DNA from: Acidimicrobiales bacterium
GTDB taxonomy: Bacteria > Actinomycetota > Acidimicrobiia > Acidimicrobiales > CADCSY01
DNA length: 64,000 nt
Direction: 5' to 3'
Assembly: GCA_035942035.1 (NCBI GenBank)
Contig: DASZDK010000089.1
Coordinates: 6,490 to 70,489 of the forward strand
The number at the start of each line of letters is the position of its first letter. Positions within the stretch are counted from its first letter, which is position 1. The notes under the pieces were generated by a model. It searched no databases, had not been told where the DNA came from, and saw nothing but the letters and a program-made list of their open reading frames with translations. Shown here in pieces: positions 10,253-20,813 of the stretch. A program made the position numbers and the translations under genes.

Positions 10253-10366
10253 GGCCGCAAGGGTACTGACCGCCCTCCCGCCGGCAGAGGGGCCAGGCCC
10301 GAGCGCCGGCAGCAGATGGGCTCGCCGGTAGGGTCGCGACGAAAGCGAACCCCCCTGGGAGGACCC

Positions 10367-11842
10367 ATGCCCCTCACCGTCACCGCCGCACCCGACCTGC
10401 CCGACGGCGTGGAGGTGGTCGGCATCCCCGTGGCCGAAGGGCCCACCGTGCAGGGTGACGGCCATGGCGTCGAACCGGGGCAACTCGAGGCCCGGGGCTT
10501 CGAGGCCAAGGTGGGCGAGACCGTCGCCCTGCCGGGGCGGGGTGACGCCACGGTGGTGGCCGTGGGCGTGGGGCCGGCTGCCGACGTCGGCCCCGACGTG
10601 CTCCGCCGGGCGGCGGCGGCCCTGGTGCGGGCCGCCTGGAAGCGGGACTTGATGGCCACCACCCTGCTCGCCGCCGTGCCCGATGGCGGCGACCGGGCGG
10701 CGGCGGCGCGGGCGGCGGCCGAGGGGGCGGCGCTGGCCGCCTACCGCTTCACCCGTTACAAGTCCGACCCGGACCAGTGCCGTCTCGACGGCGTGGTGCT
10801 CGTGGCGCCCGATGCCGACGAGCTGGAGGAACCCCTGCGGCGGACGACCACGGTCGTGGAGGCGGTGGAGCTGGCCCGTGACCTGGTGAATGAGCCGGGT
10901 GGCTCCCTCAGCCCGTCGGAGCTGGCCGACCGGGCTCGACGGGCGGCGGAGGCGGCCGGCCTAGGCGTCGAGGTGCTCGACGAGGTGGCGGCGTCCGAGC
11001 TCGGGCTCGGGGGGCTGTTGGGTGTGGCCGCCGGTTCGCACGAGCCCCCGCGCCTGATCCAACTGACGTACGACCCTCCCGGGGCACAGGCCACCGTGGC
11101 CCTCGTCGGCAAGGGCATCACCTTCGACTCGGGCGGGCTGTCCATTAAGACGGCCGAGGGCATGATGACGATGAAGACCGACATGGGCGGAGGTGCAGCG
11201 GTCATCGCCGCCATGGCGGCGCTGCCGGCACTGGCGCCGCCGGTGAAGGTGCTGGGCTTCGTCCCCGCCACCGAGAACATGCCGGGAGGCCGGGCCACCA
11301 GGCCGGGTGACGTACTGCGGACCCGCAACGGCACCACCGTGGAGGTGCTCAACACCGACGCCGAGGGCCGCTTGGTGCTGGCCGACGGCTTGGCCCTGGC
11401 CGTGGAGGAGGAGCCGGACGCCATCGTCGACCTGGCCACGTTGACCGGAGCCTGCATCACCGCCCTCGGGAACAAGATCATGGGCCTGATGGGCAACGAC
11501 GACGGTCTCATCGACCAGGTGCGGTCGGCGGCGGAGCGAGCGGGTGAGCCGGCGTGGCCCCTGCCGCTGCCCCAGGCCTACCGCAAGCAGCTCGACTCCG
11601 AGGTCGCCGACCTGAAGAACATCGGCGGTCGCTCTGCCGGTGCCCTCACCGCCGGGCTGTTCCTCCAGGAGTTCGTCGGCGAGGTGCCCTGGGTCCACCT
11701 CGACATCGCCGGGCCGTCCCGCGCCGACGAGGACGACGGACCGGTGGCCAAGGGGGCCACCGGCGTCGGTGTCCGGACCCTGCTCGAGCTCCTGGCCGGC
11801 GACCCTGGTTTCCCCGGTTCGCCCGGTGGGAACACGACCTGA
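10367..11842 (+). CDS. pepA: Leucyl aminopeptidase (M17)
   Basis: ATG at 10367 preceded by GGGAGG. Signature NTDAEGRLVLAD, plus VGKGITFDSGGLSIK and MKTDMGGGAAV. The 5' 1180 codons of ORF 6815..11842 are an antisense shadow of metH. Confidence 0.93.
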   Translation: MPLTVTAAPDLPDGVEVVGIPVAEGPTVQGDGHGVEPGQLEARGFEAKVGETVALPGRGDATVVAVGVGPAADVGPDVLRRAAAALVRAAWKRDLMATTLLAAVPDGGDRAAAARAAAEGAALAAYRFTRYKSDPDQCRLDGVVLVAPDADELEEPLRRTTTVVEAVELARDLVNEPGGSLSPSELADRARRAAEAAGLGVEVLDEVAASELGLGGLLGVAAGSHEPPRLIQLTYDPPGAQATVALVGKGITFDSGGLSIKTAEGMMTMKTDMGGGAAVIAAMAALPALAPPVKVLGFVPATENMPGGRATRPGDVLRTRNGTTVEVLNTDAEGRLVLADGLALAVEEEPDAIVDLATLTGACITALGNKIMGLMGNDDGLIDQVRSAAERAGEPAWPLPLPQAYRKQLDSEVADLKNIGGRSAGALTAGLFLQEFVGEVPWVHLDIAGPSRADEDDGPVAKGATGVGVRTLLELLAGDPGFPGSPGGNTT

Positions 11843-11870
11843 ACAGAATCGCCGAGGGAAAGAGGGAGAG

Positions 11871-12275
11871 ATGCCGAACTACGAGGAAGGCATGGGCACC
11901 ACTCATGTCGCCGGGGACGACACGACCCACGAGCCCGGTCAGGAGCCCGGCAAGTCGGGAACGTCGAAGACGCTGGATTACTCCGAGCTGGCGGACAAGG
12001 ACGTGAACACCCCGCAGCAGCGGGACCAGTCGTGGACGCCCGAGGAACCGACCGGCCCTCGCGCCGAGGAGCCGCTGCGGCAGGAGGCCAAGCCGGTCGA
12101 GCCGCTCCCGCAGCCGGCGCAGGACAAGCTGGAGGAAGTGAAGGCGAACCCCCACTCCGACGCCCAGGACACCACCGATACCCAGGGTGAGCCCGGTCCG
12201 CTCGGCGGTATGGAGAAGACCGGCAGCGGGGACCAGGACCCGATGCGCAACGCCCAGGGCTCGGGCTCCGAGTAG
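11871..12275 (+). CDS. Hypothetical acidic, low-complexity (probably disordered) protein
   Basis: ATG at 11871 preceded by GAGGGAGAG. 134 aa rich in E/D/P/T/Q with no hydrophobic core or recognisable motif. Confidence 0.5.
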   Translation: MPNYEEGMGTTHVAGDDTTHEPGQEPGKSGTSKTLDYSELADKDVNTPQQRDQSWTPEEPTGPRAEEPLRQEAKPVEPLPQPAQDKLEEVKANPHSDAQDTTDTQGEPGPLGGMEKTGSGDQDPMRNAQGSGSE

Positions 12276-12347
12276 AGGCATCGCCACCGCCGGCCGCGAC
12301 TGACGACCGTCACCACCCGCACCTCGCACTGACTGTCTGAGCTCGAC

Positions 12348-13670
12348 GTGGCCGGCGGTGGCGGGTACTCCCTACGGCATCTGGCCGACCGTTCGCGCCG
12401 GCTGGCACCTCGAGCTCTCGGGGCCGCCGGCGTGGCGGCGGTTGGGGTGTACGCCGGCCAGGCAGCCAAGTACCGTCGCCACGCCCGGCGGATGCTCGAG
12501 CTCCCTCAGCCGGCGGCTCCGGGCACTGCGGCGTTCTCGCGCTGGGTGGAAGGCGCCTGTGCCGCTCCCCTGCGCGAGGGCAACCGGGTGTCGGTGCTGC
12601 GCAACGGCGACGAGATCGCACCGTCGATGATCGACGCCATCGCCGGCGCCCGCCGGTCGGTCGACCTGTCCAACTACATCCTGTGGTCCGGGCCCATGGC
12701 CCGAGACTTCGTCGACGCCCTCGCCGACGCCGCCCGCCGCGGGGTGGAGGTCAACGTGCTCCTCGACGCCTGGGGCTCGGCCAAGCGCAACGCCGAGCTG
12801 GCCGCCGACCTGGAGCGAGCGGGAGTGTCCCTGGCCTGGTTCCGCCCGCCGCGGTGGTACCAGTTCGACCAGTTCAACAACCGCATGCACCGGCGGGTGC
12901 TCGTGGTCGACGGCACGGTCGGCTTCACCGGTGGCTTCGGCATCGCCGACGAGTGGATGGGCGACGCCGAGGGAGTCGGGTGCTGGCGGGACACCCACCT
13001 GCGCCTGGAAGGGCCCGTGGTGCGGGACCTGGCCGGGGCGTTTGCCGACAACTGGGTGGACGCCACCGGCCGGGTGCTGGACCCGGAGCACTTTCCCGGC
13101 CTGGATGCTCTGCCCGGTGGCGTCCCGGTGCAGCTGAGCCGCAGCTCGCCAGGGCACGGCCCCGCCGCGGTCGAATTGCTGTTCCTCGCCGCCGTGTCCG
13201 GTGCCCGGGAGCGGCTGTGGGTCACCACCGCCTACTTCGCCCCCCGCCGGGGCGTGGTCGAGGCGCTCGTGGAAGCTGCCGGCCGCGGCGCGGAGGTCCG
13301 CTTGCTGGTCAACGGCACCGAGATCGACAAGCCACCGGTGCGGCGCGCCGGACAACGCGACTACGACCGCCTGCTGGAGGCGGGGGCCAGGATCTTCGAG
13401 TACCAACGCACGATGATGCACGCCAAGGTCCTCCTGGTCGACGGCGGCTGGGCCAACGTGGGCTCGGCCAACTGGGACAACCGCTCCATGGCCCTCCAGG
13501 AGGAGATCAACTGCTCAGTGGTCGACCCCGGCGTGGTCGCCGAGCTCGAGAAGGACTTCCTCCGAGACTTCGACGACGCCGAGGAGGTCGATCTCGCCCG
13601 GTGGCGTCGGCGCCCGGTGCGGGATCGGGCCCTCGAGGCGGCCAGTGCCGCCTTCCGCCACTCTTTGTAG
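12348..13670 (+). CDS. cls: Phospholipase D family protein, probable cardiolipin synthase
   Basis: Two PLD-type motifs: MHRRVLVVDGTVGFTGGFGI (first, degenerate) and MHAKVLLVDGGWANVGSANWDNRS (canonical HKD). One N-terminal hydrophobic segment. Confidence 0.8.
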   Translation: MAGGGGYSLRHLADRSRRLAPRALGAAGVAAVGVYAGQAAKYRRHARRMLELPQPAAPGTAAFSRWVEGACAAPLREGNRVSVLRNGDEIAPSMIDAIAGARRSVDLSNYILWSGPMARDFVDALADAARRGVEVNVLLDAWGSAKRNAELAADLERAGVSLAWFRPPRWYQFDQFNNRMHRRVLVVDGTVGFTGGFGIADEWMGDAEGVGCWRDTHLRLEGPVVRDLAGAFADNWVDATGRVLDPEHFPGLDALPGGVPVQLSRSSPGHGPAAVELLFLAAVSGARERLWVTTAYFAPRRGVVEALVEAAGRGAEVRLLVNGTEIDKPPVRRAGQRDYDRLLEAGARIFEYQRTMMHAKVLLVDGGWANVGSANWDNRSMALQEEINCSVVDPGVVAELEKDFLRDFDDAEEVDLARWRRRPVRDRALEAASAAFRHSL

Positions 13671-13734
13671 CGGCACGTTCGCTGCCTGTCGCCAACGGGT
13701 AAGAATCCGCCAAGCGACAAAAGGGAGGCTTCGC

Positions 13735-13890
13735 ATGGGGCTCGTGGTTCTGCTGTTGGTCCTCGCCCTGCTCTTGGGAGGCGTCGGTCTGTTCGTCGAG
13801 GGCCTCAAGTGGCTCCTCATCATCGCCCTCGTCCTTTTGGTGGTCGGGGCGCTCAGCGGGTCCCGTCTGGGTGGTCGGACCCGGCTCTAG
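13735..13890 (+). CDS. Small hydrophobic membrane protein (51 aa)
   Basis: ATG at 13735 preceded by AAGGGAGG. The sequence MGLVVLLLVLALLLGGVGLFVEGLKWLLIIALVLLVVGALSG predicts two TM helices. Confidence 0.5.
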   Translation: MGLVVLLLVLALLLGGVGLFVEGLKWLLIIALVLLVVGALSGSRLGGRTRL

Positions 13891-13901
13891 CACCACCTGA
13901 A

Positions 13902-13961
13902 GCCGCCGGTCCTTACGGCGGCGCGCGCGCCGGCCCGGTGCCAAGGGGACGCTGGGCCGGC
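13902..13961. terminator. Two GC-rich hairpins between convergent genes (possible bidirectional terminator)
   Basis: GCCGCCG-N7-CGGCGGC at 13902-13922 and GCCGGCCC-N17-GGGCCGGC at 13929-13961. No clear U-tract. Confidence 0.3.
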
Positions 13962-13974
13962 GTGGAGGGTGTGC

Positions 13975-14628
13975 TCAGGCGGCGGCGGGACCGTCGTCAG
14001 CGGAGGCGTCCGAGGCGCGGGCGGCAGCCAGCGCGGCGACGTGTCGCTCCCAGGCCCACTGCGCCGACTCCTGGCACAAGGCCGGGTGGAAGTTCCAGCG
14101 CAGGAGCTGGCGCTCGGTGGCTTCGAGATCCTCTCCCAGCTCCAGCAGCGACAGCGCCAGTCGCCGTGAACGGCGCCGCAGCTTCTCGACCGGCGGTGTG
14201 CGCAGCTCGCTCTCCTGCCACTGCTCGTGCTCTGCCTGTACCGCCTCGGGGAGCCGGGCCAGCTGGCGCCGGTTGAGCGGCGGCAGCTTTCGGCGCACGC
14301 ACAGCACGCCCTCGTCCTCGGCCAGCGCCAGCTGGAACTGGCAGCACCGGGTGAGCGCTCGCACGAATGGTGAGCTTCGGCCCTCGCCACCGAGGCCCAG
14401 GGAGCGGGCGGTCTCGGCCAGTGGCAGGTCGAAGCCGGCCGGTTCGGCCTCGAGCTGGGCCGCCAGCCGGCGCAGGAGCCAGGTCGTGGACGGACCCAAC
14501 ACGCCCAACCAGAATCGCTCGACGTAGGCGGAACGTGGGTCGTGGCCCAAGCGGTCGATGACCGGATCGGGCCAGGGCCGGATGTGGAGGCTGGCGGCGG
14601 GCAACGACGGAAAGGCAGCGGCGGGCAT
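13975..14628 (-). CDS. Conserved-looking hypothetical protein (function unknown)
   Basis: 217-aa ORF with good GC3 bias. No catalytic motif recognised. The central segment FWLGVLGPSTTWLLRRLAAQL could be helix-turn-helix-like. Confidence 0.6.
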   Translation of the reverse strand: MPAAAFPSLPAASLHIRPWPDPVIDRLGHDPRSAYVERFWLGVLGPSTTWLLRRLAAQLEAEPAGFDLPLAETARSLGLGGEGRSSPFVRALTRCCQFQLALAEDEGVLCVRRKLPPLNRRQLARLPEAVQAEHEQWQESELRTPPVEKLRRRSRRLALSLLELGEDLEATERQLLRWNFHPALCQESAQWAWERHVAALAAARASDASADDGPAAA

Positions 14629-14773
14629 CGGACGGTCCTCCCAGCGGGGCGGTGCAGAGATCGAGTCGGGGAAGTGCGAGACTTTCGTTCCGTTCGACGT
14701 ATCTCATTGTGTCCGGTGACTCTGGCACGGTCGCCGGGCGCCGGTCAAGGGGCGATGACGCCATCCTGGGGCA

Positions 14774-15586
14774 GTGACGGATGGCGAGCTGCTCCTGGTC
14801 CGAGCCCGCCACTGGGTCGACGAGGCCCAGCGAGTGGTGGCGTTGACCGGCGCGGGGATCTCCACCGATTCCGGCATCCCCGACTTCCGGGGGCCGCAGG
14901 GCGTGTGGACCAAGGACCCGGCCGCCGAGCGGTCGTCGCACATCTCCGCCTACCTGGCCGACCCGGACGTGCGCCGGCGCACCTGGCACTCCCGGCTGCA
15001 CTCGCCGGCGTGGCACGCTCGTCCCAACGCGGGCCATCTCGCCCTGGTCCATCTGGAGCGCCGGGGCAAACTCGACGTCCTCGTCACCCAGAACATCGAC
15101 GGGCTGCACCAGTTGGCCGGCAGCCACCCGGGGCGGGTGCTCGAGGTCCACGGCACGCTGCGCCGCTACGCCTGCCTGTCGTGCGGCGCCGGTGGTCCCA
15201 TGGAGGTCGTGCTCGACCGGCTGCGGGCGGGGGACGCGGATCCCACCTGCGCCGAGGCCGGCTGTGGTGGGATCCTGAAATCAGCCACCGTCTCGTTCGG
15301 CCAGCCGCTGCCCGCCGACGTGCTCGACCGGGCGTTCGACGCCGTGCAACGCTGCGACGTGCTCCTGGCGGTGGGCACCAGCCTGACCGTCCAGCCCATC
15401 GCCTCGGCCGTCCCACTGGCGTTGCAGGCGGGGGCGAGGGTGGTGGTGGTCAACGCCTCGCCCACGCCCTACGACGAGGTGGTCGACGTCGTGGTCCCCG
15501 GGCCAATCAGCGACGTGCTGCCCGTCATCGTGGGGTCGACGTCGCCGGCGCCGGCGCCCGATGGCGAAAGCCGACCTGACACGTAG
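14774..15586 (+). CDS. cobB: NAD-dependent protein deacylase, Sir2 family
   Basis: GAGISTDSGIPDFRGPQG, TQNIDGLH, catalytic VHGTL, and Zn-binding cysteines CLSC...C...GC. Confidence 0.88.
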   Translation: MTDGELLLVRARHWVDEAQRVVALTGAGISTDSGIPDFRGPQGVWTKDPAAERSSHISAYLADPDVRRRTWHSRLHSPAWHARPNAGHLALVHLERRGKLDVLVTQNIDGLHQLAGSHPGRVLEVHGTLRRYACLSCGAGGPMEVVLDRLRAGDADPTCAEAGCGGILKSATVSFGQPLPADVLDRAFDAVQRCDVLLAVGTSLTVQPIASAVPLALQAGARVVVVNASPTPYDEVVDVVVPGPISDVLPVIVGSTSPAPAPDGESRPDT

Positions 15587-15596
15587 ACTTTTGCTC

Positions 15597-16760
15597 ATGC
15601 CGAGCTTCAGGGAGCTGCTCAGCTCCACCAAGGAACGCATCCGAGAGGTCGACACCGCCGACGCCGAGGAGGCCATCGGCCGGGGCGCGGTCGTGCTCGA
15701 CGTGCGGGAGCCCGACGAGTACGAGCAGGGTGCCCTGCCCGGAGCGGTGCACATCCCCCGGGGACACCTCGAGAGCCAGATCGAGAACCGGGTGCTCGAT
15801 CGCGACGCGCCGATCGTGGTCCACTGCGCCGGCGGCACCCGCTCCGCCTTCGCCGCCGAGACGCTCACCCAACTCGGCTACACCGACGTCGTCTCCATGG
15901 CCGGAGGCTTCAACAAGTGGAAGGACGAGGGGCGCACGTGGAGCGTGCCGCGTGTCCTCTCCGCCGAGCAGCGCAACCGCTACCAGCGCCACCTGCTCCT
16001 GCCCGAGGTGGGAGAAGCCGGCCAGCAGCGCCTGCTCGACGCCAAGGTGCTCCTGCTCGGCGCCGGCGGCCTGGGCTCGCCGGCGGCGCTGTACCTGGCC
16101 GCCGCCGGCGTGGGCACGGTCGGCATCGTCGACATGGACGTGGTCGACGAGTCGAACCTCCAGCGCCAGATCCTCCACAACCTCGACCGGATCGGCGAGC
16201 GCAAGGTCGACTCGGCCAAGAAGACGCTGACCGCCATCAACCCCGACGTCGACGTGGTCGCCCACGACGTGCGCCTGGGGGCCGACAATGTCCTCGACGT
16301 CTTCCGCGGCTACGACGTGATCGTCGACGGCACCGACAACTTTCCCACCCGCTACCTCGTCAACGACGCCTCCCTCAAGCTGCGCATCCCCGTGGTGCAC
16401 GGGTCGATCTTCCGCTTCGAGGGCCAGGCCACCGTCTTCCACCCCTACGTGGGCCCCTGCTACCGGTGCCTGTTCCCCCAGCCGCCTCCGGCCGAGCTGG
16501 CGCCGTCGTGTTCCGAGGCCGGCGTGCTCGGCGTGCTCCCCGGCATCATCGGGTCCATCCAGGCCATGGAGGCCATCAAGGTGCTCCTCGACCTGGGCGA
16601 GACCCTCACCGGGCGGATCCTGACCTACGACGCCATGGACGAGAGCTTCCGCACCCTCCGGTCCCGCCGGGACGAGCACTGCCCGGCTTGCAGCATCGAC
16701 CCCGACGACTTGGTCATCGCCGAGTACGACGAGCTGTGCATGCCCCACCCGCGGTCCTGA
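15597..16760 (+). CDS. Rhodanese-ThiF/MoeB fusion (sulfur-carrier adenylyltransferase/sulfurtransferase, MoeZ-like with permuted domain order)
   Basis: N-terminal rhodanese domain with active-site loop HCAGGTRS. Then the E1-like domain RYQRHLLLPEVG, LLLGAGGLGSP, DESNLQRQ and two CxxC pairs (YRCLFP...CSEAG and HCPAC). ATG at 15597 avoids overlap with cobB; ATG at 15561 is an alternative. Confidence 0.88.
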   Translation: MPSFRELLSSTKERIREVDTADAEEAIGRGAVVLDVREPDEYEQGALPGAVHIPRGHLESQIENRVLDRDAPIVVHCAGGTRSAFAAETLTQLGYTDVVSMAGGFNKWKDEGRTWSVPRVLSAEQRNRYQRHLLLPEVGEAGQQRLLDAKVLLLGAGGLGSPAALYLAAAGVGTVGIVDMDVVDESNLQRQILHNLDRIGERKVDSAKKTLTAINPDVDVVAHDVRLGADNVLDVFRGYDVIVDGTDNFPTRYLVNDASLKLRIPVVHGSIFRFEGQATVFHPYVGPCYRCLFPQPPPAELAPSCSEAGVLGVLPGIIGSIQAMEAIKVLLDLGETLTGRILTYDAMDESFRTLRSRRDEHCPACSIDPDDLVIAEYDELCMPHPRS

Positions 16761-16823
16761 TCTCCCCGACGTTGCCGTGGCCGGCGCAGGGGTGCCGGCA
16801 GGGGCGATGGGTAGCGTGACAGG

Positions 16824-18182
16824 GTGACGGTGCGGTTCGTGATTCTCGGCGGGGGGCCGGCGGGCAACACCGCCGCCACCCACGCCGCCCGCCTCGGGGC
16901 CCAGGTGACCTTGGTCGAGCGAGACCTGCTGGGCGGCGCCGCCCACCTGCTCGACTGCATCCCCTCCAAGGCCATGATCGCCACGGGGGCGGCCATGGCG
17001 CTGACCCGCAGAGCCGGGGCCATGGGGCTCGAGCAGCTGGACGCCGCCCTCGACTTCGACGCGGTGCGGGCCCGCAACGACGCCATCGTCGGCCGGCTCA
17101 ACGCCTCGGTGCGCACCCTGCTCGAGAGCCAGGGCGTGCGCCTGCTGCACGGCACCGGTCGGATGAAGGGGCCGCACCAGGTGGTGGTCGACACCGCCGA
17201 CGAGGTGGTCGAGCTGGAGGCCGACGCCGTCCTGGTCGCCACCGGCAGCCGGCCCCGGATCCCGCCGTGGGCGGAGGTCGACGGCGTCCGGGTGCTGACC
17301 ACCCGTGACGCCTACCCTCCGCCCGAGGTCCCCGAGCACCTGGTCGTGATCGGCTCCGGGGTGACCGGCGTGGAGTTCGTGCACATGTTCGCCTCGTTCG
17401 GCTCGCGGGTGAGCCTGGTGGTCAGCGGCCAGCAGGTGCTCCCGAGGAAGGACCCCGACGTGGCCGCCGCCCTGGAGGCCGACTTCCTGTCCCGGGGCGT
17501 GACCCTGGTCAAGGGGGCGCGGGCCGAGGCCATCGACCGCACCGAGGACGGGGTGATGGTGCGCTGCGACGACGGCCGGCGCATCGCCGCCAGCCACGCC
17601 CTGCTGGCCATCGGGTCGGTGCCCAACAGCGAGGGTCTCGGCCTCGACGCCGCCGGCGTGGAGACCGAGCGGGGCTTCGTCCCGGTGAACCACCACTGCC
17701 AGTCGAACGTGAGCCATGTCTACGCCGCCGGCGACGTGTCCGGGAAGCTGCCCCTGTCGTCGGTGGCCTCCATGCAGGGACGCAAGATCGCCGAGCACGT
17801 CATGGGCCTGCACACCCTGTCCCACCGCCACCTGGCCTACGACCAGGCGGCCTCGGCCATCTTCACCGAGCCCGAGATCGCCGACGTGGGCCTGGCCGAG
17901 GTGGACGCCTTCGCCGAGGGCCGCAAGATCCGGGTCACCAAGGTGCCCTTCGCCGCCTCGGCCCGGGCGCTGATCGACGGGGACGCCCGCGGGTTCGTCA
18001 AGATCGTCTCCGATCCGGCCACCGGCGTGGTGCTGGGCGGCTCGATCGTGGGCCGCAGCGCCTCGGAGCTCATCTCGGTCATCGCCCTGGCCGTCACCGC
18101 CGGCCTGCGGGTCACCGACATCGTCGAGAGCCTGCTGGTGCACCCGTCCCTGGCCGAGGCCCTGGCCGACGCCGCCGAGTAA
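16824..18182 (+). CDS. Lpd-like pyridine nucleotide-disulfide oxidoreductase (NAD(P)H quinone reductase type, single Cys at the redox site)
   Basis: ILGGGPAGNTAA FAD motif and a second GxGxxG (VIGSGVTGVEF). The redox-centre region reads LLDCIPSK, with one Cys instead of CxxxxC. C-terminal dimerisation-domain motifs. Confidence 0.8.
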   Translation: MTVRFVILGGGPAGNTAATHAARLGAQVTLVERDLLGGAAHLLDCIPSKAMIATGAAMALTRRAGAMGLEQLDAALDFDAVRARNDAIVGRLNASVRTLLESQGVRLLHGTGRMKGPHQVVVDTADEVVELEADAVLVATGSRPRIPPWAEVDGVRVLTTRDAYPPPEVPEHLVVIGSGVTGVEFVHMFASFGSRVSLVVSGQQVLPRKDPDVAAALEADFLSRGVTLVKGARAEAIDRTEDGVMVRCDDGRRIAASHALLAIGSVPNSEGLGLDAAGVETERGFVPVNHHCQSNVSHVYAAGDVSGKLPLSSVASMQGRKIAEHVMGLHTLSHRHLAYDQAASAIFTEPEIADVGLAEVDAFAEGRKIRVTKVPFAASARALIDGDARGFVKIVSDPATGVVLGGSIVGRSASELISVIALAVTAGLRVTDIVESLLVHPSLAEALADAAE

Positions 18183-18214
18183 CGGTGGCTCTGGTGTGAG
18201 CTGCCTGCCCGCCG

Positions 18215-20002
<1,788 letters not shown>

Positions 20003-20024
20003 GGCCGCCCTATCGTTCCAGACC

Positions 20025-20810
20025 ATGCTCCCCCAGGGGGAAACCGCCCGGTTCGGCGACGTGCGGAGGCGAGAACGGACCGACTCCACCAATCGGGAGG
20101 TCCTGGACCTGGCCCGGGCCGGAGCGCCCGAGGGCGTGGTGGTGGTGGCCGACCACCAGACCGCCGGCCGGGGACGGCGGGGGCGGGCATGGGTGGCGCC
20201 GCCGGGGACGGCGCTGATGGCGTCGGTGCTGTTGCGCCCGGCCATGGAGCCCGGCGCGGCGCACCTGGCCGTCGCCTGCGTGGCGCTGGCGGCCGCCGAG
20301 GCGTGCGAGGCAGTGGCCGCGGTGCGCCCGGCACTGAAGTGGCCCAACGACCTGGTGGTCGACGACGCCGGCGGCGGCACCGGGAAGCTGGCCGGCATCC
20401 TGGCCGAGACGCTGGTGAACGGGAGCCGTCTCGACGCCGTGGTGGTGGGGATGGGTTTGAACGTGGTGCGAACCCCGGATCCTCCGGCTGGCGCCGTGTT
20501 CCTGGAGGACCTCGCCGGCGGGGCCGTCGATCGGGACGGGTTGCTGCGGGCGTGGCTCGACCGGCTCGACCGGCGGTACCCCTTGCTGGGGGCCCCGGCG
20601 GGGCGTCGGGCCCTGCTCGACGACTACCGCCGGCGCTGCGCCACGCTCGGTCGGCGGGTGCGGGTGGCACTGGACGACGGGGCGCTCGAGGGGCGTGCGG
20701 TGGGCCTGACCGGCGCCGGCCACCTGGTCGTGGAGGGCGCCGGCGGCCGCCACGAAATCGGTGCCGGCGACGTGGTCCACCTGCGCACGGTGGAACCGCC
20801 GGCCCGGTAG
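20025..20810 (+). CDS. birA: Biotin-[acetyl-CoA-carboxylase] ligase, no N-terminal HTH domain
   Basis: GRGRRGRAW biotin-binding loop, STN...L motif and LKWPNDL. The start is ATG 20025 or ATG 20001; the latter would overlap the accA start codon on the other strand. Confidence 0.85.
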   Translation: MLPQGETARFGDVRRRERTDSTNREVLDLARAGAPEGVVVVADHQTAGRGRRGRAWVAPPGTALMASVLLRPAMEPGAAHLAVACVALAAAEACEAVAAVRPALKWPNDLVVDDAGGGTGKLAGILAETLVNGSRLDAVVVGMGLNVVRTPDPPAGAVFLEDLAGGAVDRDGLLRAWLDRLDRRYPLLGAPAGRRALLDDYRRRCATLGRRVRVALDDGALEGRAVGLTGAGHLVVEGAGGRHEIGAGDVVHLRTVEPPAR

Positions 20811-20813
20811 CCG

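Noticed and set aside
10253-10366. Possible riboswitch (cobalamin or SAM) in the metH/pepA divergent region
   Set aside because: Only 114 bp are shared by two divergent genes, which is too short for a cobalamin riboswitch. I could not see the conserved B12-box or SAM-I helices.
6815-11842. 1675-aa ORF on the plus strand, the longest in the window
   Set aside because: Its first ~1180 codons are an antisense shadow of metH. The translation there is low-complexity G/A/R/V/L-rich with no motifs, as is typical of high-GC genomes. Only the last 491 codons, starting at the ATG at 10367 with an RBS, encode a recognisable protein (pepA).
12348-13670. PLD-family protein considered as a nuclease-type defence effector
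   Set aside because: It has an N-terminal membrane segment and two PLD motifs in the arrangement typical of cardiolipin synthases. The flanking genes are small membrane or hypothetical proteins with no defence-island hallmarks.
14774-16760. Sir2-domain protein next to an E1-like (ThiF) protein, considered as a possible anti-phage or ubiquitin-like conjugation system
   Set aside because: The Sir2 protein has the full housekeeping CobB-type motif set and zinc ribbon and no extra effector or sensor domains. The E1-like protein carries a rhodanese domain and MoeB zinc motifs typical of sulfur-carrier activation. No ubiquitin-like, E2-like or JAB genes are adjacent.
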